Part shown: one piece after another, positions 58,612 to 64,000 of the stretch | Numbering within the stretch: position 1 is the stretch's first letter | Layout: the number at the start of each line of letters is the position of its first letter | Origin: Myxococcota bacterium | GTDB taxonomy: Bacteria > Myxococcota_A > UBA9042 > PHBI01 > JBMYRH01 | Direction of reading: 5' to 3' | DNA length: 64,000 nucleotides | NCBI GenBank assembly: GCA_049602155.1 | Contig: JBMYRH010000019.1 | Location: 23,972-87,971, forward strand | Program-made: the position numbers and the translations under genes | The notes under the pieces: generated by a model | The model's database searches: none | What the model was told of the DNA's origin: nothing | What the model saw: only the letters and a program-made list of their open reading frames with translations

Positions 58612-58695
58612 CCAAACGAACTTGAGAAAGATGCGCCTTGCAAGACGAGGGCTGGGCATTTAGTCCTCCCCCGGCCGCCACTATCTCTATTGATG

Positions 58696-58724
58696 TTGAC
58701 AAAACCGAACAGGTGTTAGATAAT
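58696..58724 (+). promoter_or_regulatory. Sigma70-type promoter TTGACA-N17-GATAAT, probably giving a leaderless mRNA
   Basis: Perfect -35 box, 17-nt spacer and 5/6 -10 box. The ATG is 6 nt after the -10 box and there is no SD. Confidence 0.65.
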
Positions 58725-58730
58725 GAACCC

Positions 58731-59630
58731 ATGAACACACGACTCACACAGCTCGCGCTCGCAGCGCTCCTCCTCACCCTCCCCATGTTCGCCACCGCCT
58801 GCGGTGAACGCGAGGCCACCGACACCGGCAACGCAGCTGGCGACGTCATCGCGTCGGACGCCGAGGCCACCCCGGACAACGACACCTCTGGTGTGTCACC
58901 AGAGGGTGACGCGACAGAGCCTGTCGAGGACGACGCAGCAGAGCCTGTCGAGGACGACGCGACAGAGCCTGTCGAGGACACGACCGAGTGCACGCCCGCA
59001 TGTGATGGGAAGGCCTGCGGTGATGATGGCTGCGGCGGCTCCTGCGGCGACTGCGCCGAGGGAGAGGCGTGCACCGTAGAGGGGACGTGCGCTGCGTTTT
59101 GCATCCCCGATTGCACTGACCTGACCTGCGGCGAGGACGGCTGCGGCGGCTCCTGCGGCGACTGCGCCGACGGTGAGACATGCACCGAGGGCGCGTGCAT
59201 CGCGGACTGTGTCCCGGCCTGCAACGCGGCGAACTGTGGTGACGACGGCTGCGGCGGCTCCTGCGGCGACTGCGCCGAAGGTGAGGCCTGTACAGAGGGC
59301 ATGTGCATGGCCGAGTCTAAGGGTGCATGCGACAACGCGGCAGACTTGGCGGTCATCGAGACGGCCGACGTCGCCCAGCTAAGCCAAGATGCAGCATTCG
59401 CCTGCCTCCAAGGCTTCTCGGTGGACCTGGACTGTGCGACCGACAAGATCGCTGAGGACAGCGGGATGACGCTTGATTGCGCGCTCTGCTTTGGCGAGCA
59501 AGCGGTCTGCGTCGCCTCCAACTGCGCCTTCCAATGCTTCGATCCCAACTCACAGAGCTGTAACGACTGTCGCAACTCGAACTGCACGCCGCTCTTCGAG
59601 CCCTGCGCGGGGATCGAGCCGATTCAATAG
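58731..59630 (+). CDS. Cys-rich lipoprotein: 3 x CGDDGCGGSCGDC repeats plus one 12-Cys domain
   Basis: Lipobox ATAC and acidic linker. The C-terminal domain is homologous to the repeats of the 11159-13672 protein. Confidence 0.78.
   Translation: MNTRLTQLALAALLLTLPMFATACGEREATDTGNAAGDVIASDAEATPDNDTSGVSPEGDATEPVEDDAAEPVEDDATEPVEDTTECTPACDGKACGDDGCGGSCGDCAEGEACTVEGTCAAFCIPDCTDLTCGEDGCGGSCGDCADGETCTEGACIADCVPACNAANCGDDGCGGSCGDCAEGEACTEGMCMAESKGACDNAADLAVIETADVAQLSQDAAFACLQGFSVDLDCATDKIAEDSGMTLDCALCFGEQAVCVASNCAFQCFDPNSQSCNDCRNSNCTPLFEPCAGIEPIQ
58908..58979 (+). repeat. 24-bp tandem repeat x3 (DATEPVED)
   Basis: gacgcgacagagcctgtcgaggac at 58908 and 58956, with a 2-nt variant at 58932. Confidence 0.85.
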
Positions 59631-59671
59631 CTCGATGTGACGGTTTTCATGAGGCGCCCGAGAAGCGAGTC

Positions 59672-60493
59672 ATGAAGTCATTACAACGATGTCTCGCGCT
59701 CACTGCGCTCCTCACCGCCGCCCTCCTGACCGCCTAAGGCGGCGGTGATGAGGGCAGTGAGGCGGCTGGAGCGGAGGTTGAGCAGGGCGATGACGCAGCT
59801 GGGTCAGAGACCGACGGTGAGGTCTCTGGGACTGAGAAAGACGGCGAAGACCCCAGCGAGACAGTAGGGCCCGCTGTAGGGACCACCTGGGCCATCGACA
59901 TCAGCCAGGCTACCTGGGTGACCCCAAATGATGTGGAAGATCTGGTTGAGCTGATGACCGCCGATTACCCGGTCCTGCTCGGGATCTCAGGCGCCGACAG
60001 CACCACAGTCAACGCGATGCTCGGCACCGGCGACGCGACTGGGCAGCTCATGTGCAATCGCACCGTCGAGATCATCGAGCTGACCGTCGACGACGACGGT
60101 GCCCTGACGTTCACGTCTGAGAGCTTCAGCTTGGCCAACGGGATGACGATGGTCGACATGACACTGACCGCGGCCATCGACGCCGAGACCGGCGGCATCA
60201 CGTCCTTGGATGCACAAGGCCACGTTGTCATGAGCTCCATCCCCGCCGACCTCTTGCCGCTGAGTGAGGGACAGACCGCCTGTGATATGACTGCGGGCCT
60301 CGGGATGCCGTGCATCCTCTGTCCATCTGAACCGGCGACCGATGGCGTGCCCGACTGCATCGAGGTTCAGGTCACAGGCCTCCAAGGGAGCGTCCTGACC
60401 GACATCGACCTCATCCCAGTCACCGGGGCCGATTGTCACCCCGAGTGCGACGACAACGGCGAGGACTGTGACACATCCGGCTGGGAGCGCTAA
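59672..60493 (+). pseudogene. Lipoprotein gene interrupted by an in-frame TAA at the lipobox Cys codon
   Basis: MKSLQRCLALTALLTAALLTA-TAA(59735-59737)-GGGDEGS... continues in frame into the 59918..60493 ORF. Confidence 0.75.
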
Positions 60494-60723
60494 CCCTCGT
60501 CCGGCGCATCCAAATCAACATCTCCCCCGACAGACGCCTCGCTGGGCCCCACGTCGGGCGCTGACGCCTGCATCTCCTCTGCACCGGTGTCATGTGGCGG
60601 GCACTCGCCGCCACCGCCCGTGTCATGGCACACGAGTACCCAGTCAGGGACCGGCTGAGCCTCGATACATCCACCCAGCTGGATGGCGAAGACAATGAAG
60701 AGGATGCGGCGAGCGAAGATCAC
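60490..60723 (-). CDS. Small acidic lipoprotein (hypothetical)
   Basis: GTG start and signal peptide MIFARRILFIVFAIQLGGC with lipobox LGGC. Confidence 0.5.
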   Translation of the reverse strand: MIFARRILFIVFAIQLGGCIEAQPVPDWVLVCHDTGGGGECPPHDTGAEEMQASAPDVGPSEASVGGDVDLDAPDEG

Positions 60724-60773
60724 GGGCTGAGGTCGTCCTGTCGGCTTTGACACCCACATGATAGGACGAGCGC

Positions 60774-61991
60774 ATGTCATCGACCACCCCGCCCGGTCAG
60801 GATTCGGGAGCGCGCGATCTGCGGCTCCTATATTTGCTGACATTTCTTTTCATCGGGGCCCAAGGAAACTTCTTCCCGCTGTGGTTGCGTCACAATGGAT
60901 GGACAGCGACCGATCTCGGGTGGCTCGACGGCCTCCGCTACGCCACCGTCATCGTCATGCCCCTCTACTGGGGGCGCTTGATCGATCGCCGCGGAGACGC
61001 AGTCGGCGTATTGAAGTGGCTCGCAGTCGCCGGGGTCATCGGTTTTTTACCCATCCTGTGGTCCGTCGACTTCTGGGTCGTGCTGGGGGCGATGACGGTC
61101 TGGGCTGTCTTTCGCGTCGGTCAAATCCCGGCCCTCGACGCGCTGACCCTCTCACGGGTCAAGCGCCATGGCGGCACCTACGGACGCTTTCGAAGCTGGG
61201 GCTCTGTAGGCTTCATCGCCGGTGGGCTGCTCCTTGGCTGGCTCGTCGAGAGCACTGATCGCACGATCATCCCTGGCGCGCTCGCGGTCACCCTCGTGCT
61301 CGCCCTCATCATCGTGTGGCGGGTCCCAAGCGAGCGCGTCGAGCGGCGCTCGACCGTCAAGGGCTGGGGGGTGGTCAAGAGCTTGGTCGCTCATCGAGGG
61401 CTACGCGCACTCTACTTGAGCGCCTTCCTCTCCCGCTTCACCCAGCACGGCCTCTACGGCTTCTTACCCCTTCACCTCCAAGATCTTGGCGTCGACGACT
61501 GGGCCGTCCCGCTCTACTGGTCGGTTGGGGTGCTCAGCGAAGTGTTGCTTATCCGCAACACACCGCGCCTCTTCGCGGGCCGCTCGACGCGCTCAATCCT
61601 CCTCGTCTGCTTCGTCGTCGCCGCGCTCCAATTCGCCTGCACTGCGCTCGTGACCAACCCCTTGCTGCTCCTCTGCATCATGGCCCTCCACGGGGTGAGC
61701 TTTGGGCTCTGGTATGTCGCCTCGATGGAGTACCTAGGCGCCCAAGTCGATGAGACCCAGCGCGGCACCGCACAGGCGCTCTTCCAGATCATGGCCTTTG
61801 GCTTCGGAGGCACACTCTCCGCCATCACGGCGGGGTACCTCTTCCAGGCCGGGGCAGGGGCGCTCATGTTCACCGTCGCAGCGGCCGCATCGATCGTAGT
61901 CATCGCCATCACCTGGCTCGTCTTCCCGACCGAGAGCGCGACACCCGGCGCACAGCCAGCGCCCCGAGTTGATGAATCGCGCACGCTTTGA
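60774..61991 (+). CDS. MFS transporter (YcaD/HcaT/nucleoside-symporter-like)
   Basis: Twelve TM helices with YGRFRSWGSVGF, GVLSEV and LHGVSFGL. Confidence 0.85.
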   Translation: MSSTTPPGQDSGARDLRLLYLLTFLFIGAQGNFFPLWLRHNGWTATDLGWLDGLRYATVIVMPLYWGRLIDRRGDAVGVLKWLAVAGVIGFLPILWSVDFWVVLGAMTVWAVFRVGQIPALDALTLSRVKRHGGTYGRFRSWGSVGFIAGGLLLGWLVESTDRTIIPGALAVTLVLALIIVWRVPSERVERRSTVKGWGVVKSLVAHRGLRALYLSAFLSRFTQHGLYGFLPLHLQDLGVDDWAVPLYWSVGVLSEVLLIRNTPRLFAGRSTRSILLVCFVVAALQFACTALVTNPLLLLCIMALHGVSFGLWYVASMEYLGAQVDETQRGTAQALFQIMAFGFGGTLSAITAGYLFQAGAGALMFTVAAAASIVVIAITWLVFPTESATPGAQPAPRVDESRTL

Positions 61992-62003
61992 TTAGCTCAC
62001 GTT

Positions 62004-62408
62004 ATGGCTGAGAATTTCCGCAACCCCACCCCGACCGTCGACGTCATCATCGAGACGAAGCCGGACCACGTCGTCCTGATTCGACGAAAGAATCCGCCCC
62101 ATGGCTGGGCCTTACCGGGGGGCTTCGTCGACTATGGAGAGTGTCTCGAAGACGCCGCCGTTCGAGAGGCTAAGGAAGAAACCGGGCTGGACGTCACCCT
62201 GACGCGTCAGTTCCATAGCTACAGCGATCCACAACGAGACGCCCGACAGCACACCATCACGACAGTCTACGTGGCCATCGCTCAGGGAGAGCCCTTGGGC
62301 GCCGATGACGCCGCAGAGGCTCGCGTGTTCCCCATCACTGCGCTCCCCACACCCCTGTGTTTCGATCATGGCGAGATACTAAAGGACTGGACCCTTGGCC
62401 GATATTAA
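62004..62408 (+). CDS. NUDIX hydrolase
   Basis: Nudix box [24 protein letters not shown]. Confidence 0.93.
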   Translation: MAENFRNPTPTVDVIIETKPDHVVLIRRKNPPHGWALPGGFVDYGECLEDAAVREAKEETGLDVTLTRQFHSYSDPQRDARQHTITTVYVAIAQGEPLGADDAAEARVFPITALPTPLCFDHGEILKDWTLGRY

Positions 62409-62964
62409 GCCGCTCGTGCTCGACGACCGCGATGACCTCCTGGACCTGGCGCGCAAGGCCATCCTGACCCACGTCCAACGTGGAGCCCTGCCCGATATGG
62501 ACTTCCCTGAAGGGCCGCTCCACGACGAGGTCGGCGCCTTCGTCAGCCTCCACCTCAAGGGAGAGCTTCGAGGCTGTGTGGGCCGCCTCGAGGGAGAGGG
62601 TCCGCTGTATCAAACCGTCGCAGAGATGGCCGTGGCCGCCGCGACCGAGGATGCCCGCTTCGAGCCGCTCCCCGCGGGTGATCTGCGACACACCGAGATC
62701 GAGATCAGCGTCCTCGGCCCTCTGCGCCCCATCAAAGCCGAGGCCATCGAGCTCGGCACCCACGGACTCTACATCGTGCAAGGTCGCTTTCGCAGCGTCT
62801 TGCTCCCCCAAGTGCCTCTTCAATTCGGCTGGTCACGAGAGGAATTCCTCGCCCAAGGCTGCCGGAAAGCGGGCCTCGCTGAGGACGCCTGGAAAGACAG
62901 CGCCACGATGCTCCTGAGCTTCACAGCGCAGGTCTTCGGCGACACCGACGACATCGTCGCTTAG
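62395..62964 (+). CDS. AMMECR1-domain protein (AmmeMemoRadiSam protein A)
   Basis: GAFVSL...[24 protein letters not shown] and KAGL. Start is uncertain (62395 TTG or 62416 GTG). Confidence 0.88.
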   Translation: MADIKPLVLDDRDDLLDLARKAILTHVQRGALPDMDFPEGPLHDEVGAFVSLHLKGELRGCVGRLEGEGPLYQTVAEMAVAAATEDARFEPLPAGDLRHTEIEISVLGPLRPIKAEAIELGTHGLYIVQGRFRSVLLPQVPLQFGWSREEFLAQGCRKAGLAEDAWKDSATMLLSFTAQVFGDTDDIVA

Positions 62965-62973
62965 CGCCGCTGA

Positions 62974-63795
62974 TTACCAGCTGAGCTCGAAGGTCACCGT
63001 CGTCGTCGGCATACCCGGCGGCAAGATGAGCTGATCGAGCGCCCGGCTCACGCACCGGTGCGCCTCGGAGGCGCTGCCGGCGCTCATCACAGAGCGATCC
63101 GTCAGAGAGCCGTCCGGCTGCACAGTCGCCGTCACCCACACGGGCACCTTTGTGTGCGCTGGGCACCCTTCACTCTGGGTCACCTTCTCACGCAACATCA
63201 CCTGAATCTCTGCGCCCAAATCCACCACGGGCTCCGGGACCGGCGCCGCGGCGGGTACGACGGGCTCAATCCGGGTCGGCGTAGACACCACCGGAGGCGC
63301 CTCGACGGGTAACCGAGCCATCACCTCAGTCGGGACCATGGTCAGCTGTGGAGCGACGTGTGCGGGGGTAGCCGGCGCCTCGACGCGCACTTGAGAGCGC
63401 GTGTCGATCTGTCGAAGCTGCTCTCGCGCCCCACCCGCCCAGAAGGCGAGCAAGACCGCAGCGGCAGCCATGACGATGACAGCGGCCGCCGTACCTCTAC
63501 GAACCCCAGCGCCGTGACGACTGACCGTAATGCGACCGTCCAGAGTGTCCGCGCGGAGCAGAACCTGGTCCAAGAAGTCATCAGGGAGAGAGTCGACGGG
63601 GCCGGTCGCATCGGCGATGAGCGCCTCAACCCGGGCGAGCTCCCTAGAGAAGTCCGCGCAGCGGTCACAGTGTTGTTCATGGTCGCGCAAGGTCGCGTCC
63701 ACAGAGCCCTCGCTGAGCGCGGCCTCAAAGCGGGCGCACATCAGGTTCAAGACCTCCGCTGACTGCGGGCGATCGCTGGGAGGACGGACGCTCAT
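62974..63795 (-). CDS. Zinc-binding anti-sigma factor with TM helix and periplasmic domain
   Basis: C...HEQHCDRC (HxxxCxxC), one TM helix and a Pro-rich linker. ATGA-coupled to the upstream ECF sigma. Confidence 0.75.
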   Translation of the reverse strand: MSVRPPSDRPQSAEVLNLMCARFEAALSEGSVDATLRDHEQHCDRCADFSRELARVEALIADATGPVDSLPDDFLDQVLLRADTLDGRITVSRHGAGVRRGTAAAVIVMAAAAVLLAFWAGGAREQLRQIDTRSQVRVEAPATPAHVAPQLTMVPTEVMARLPVEAPPVVSTPTRIEPVVPAAAPVPEPVVDLGAEIQVMLREKVTQSEGCPAHTKVPVWVTATVQPDGSLTDRSVMSAGSASEAHRCVSRALDQLILPPGMPTTTVTFELSW

Positions 63796-63998
63796 GCCTG
63801 CTCCCCCTCACGTCGAAGTAACCCACTGCGCACACGCTTGACTGCGCGCCAGATGCGCTGCTTGACCGCCGCACGGGACAGCCCAGCTTCATCTGCGATG
63901 ACGTCGTAGGAGACACCATGCGTGTAGTGCAATTCGAGCCACGTCCGATCGGGCTCTTTCACAGCCGACAAGACGTCTCGGACGGTCGCCAGCTGCTT
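63792..63998 (-). CDS. ECF RNA polymerase sigma factor, C-terminal region 4 (truncated by the window edge)
   Basis: Minus-strand translation DRTWLELHYTHGVSYDVIADEAGLSRAAVKQRIWRAVKRVR...EQA*. Not in the ORF track because the start lies outside the window. Confidence 0.8.
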   Translation of the reverse strand, partial: KQLATVRDVLSAVKEPDRTWLELHYTHGVSYDVIADEAGLSRAAVKQRIWRAVKRVRSGLLRREGEQA

Positions 63999-64000
63999 GT

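Noticed and set aside
59735-59737. Selenocysteine or pyrrolysine recoding
   Set aside because: The codon is TAA, and TAA terminates other genes in this window (for example pilA and acyP).
62395-62964. AMMECR1 gene as a partner of the radical SAM operon
   Set aside because: It is 43 kb away, no Memo-like protein B is adjacent, and the two rSAMs do not resemble the PFL-activase-like AmmeMemoRadiSam enzyme.

Overview
High-GC bacterial DNA with the hallmarks of a Myxococcota-like (deltaproteobacterial) genome: a PilZ-like myxobacterial paralog, a sigma54-driven type IV major pilin and many acidic Cys-rich lipoproteins. About 50 CDSs run from a 5'-truncated recD to a truncated ECF sigma/anti-sigma pair. 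Housekeeping genes include murD, fumC, map, ampG and acyP. No rRNA, tRNA, CRISPR array or IS element was seen. Most notable: (1) a tightly coupled operon of two radical SAM enzymes and a NodU/CmcH carbamoyltransferase whose N-terminus is a Cys-less vestigial radical SAM half-barrel, close to a stand-alone C-A-PCP-C* NRPS; (2) a coupled pair of PD-(D/E)XK nuclease genes without a methyltransferase, a candidate defence system; (3) an out-of-dcw HEAT-lipoprotein/MurC-like/MurD operon with altered MurC motifs; (4) a 10-repeat pacifastin/VWC-like lipoprotein with mostly acidic P1 residues; (5) a 14-Cys domain repeated 7 times in one protein and present once in another; (6) a lipoprotein gene with TAA exactly at its lipobox Cys; (7) structured leaders upstream of pilA and of a small PAAK-repeat lipoprotein. 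All family assignments come from motif recognition by eye, not from database searches.
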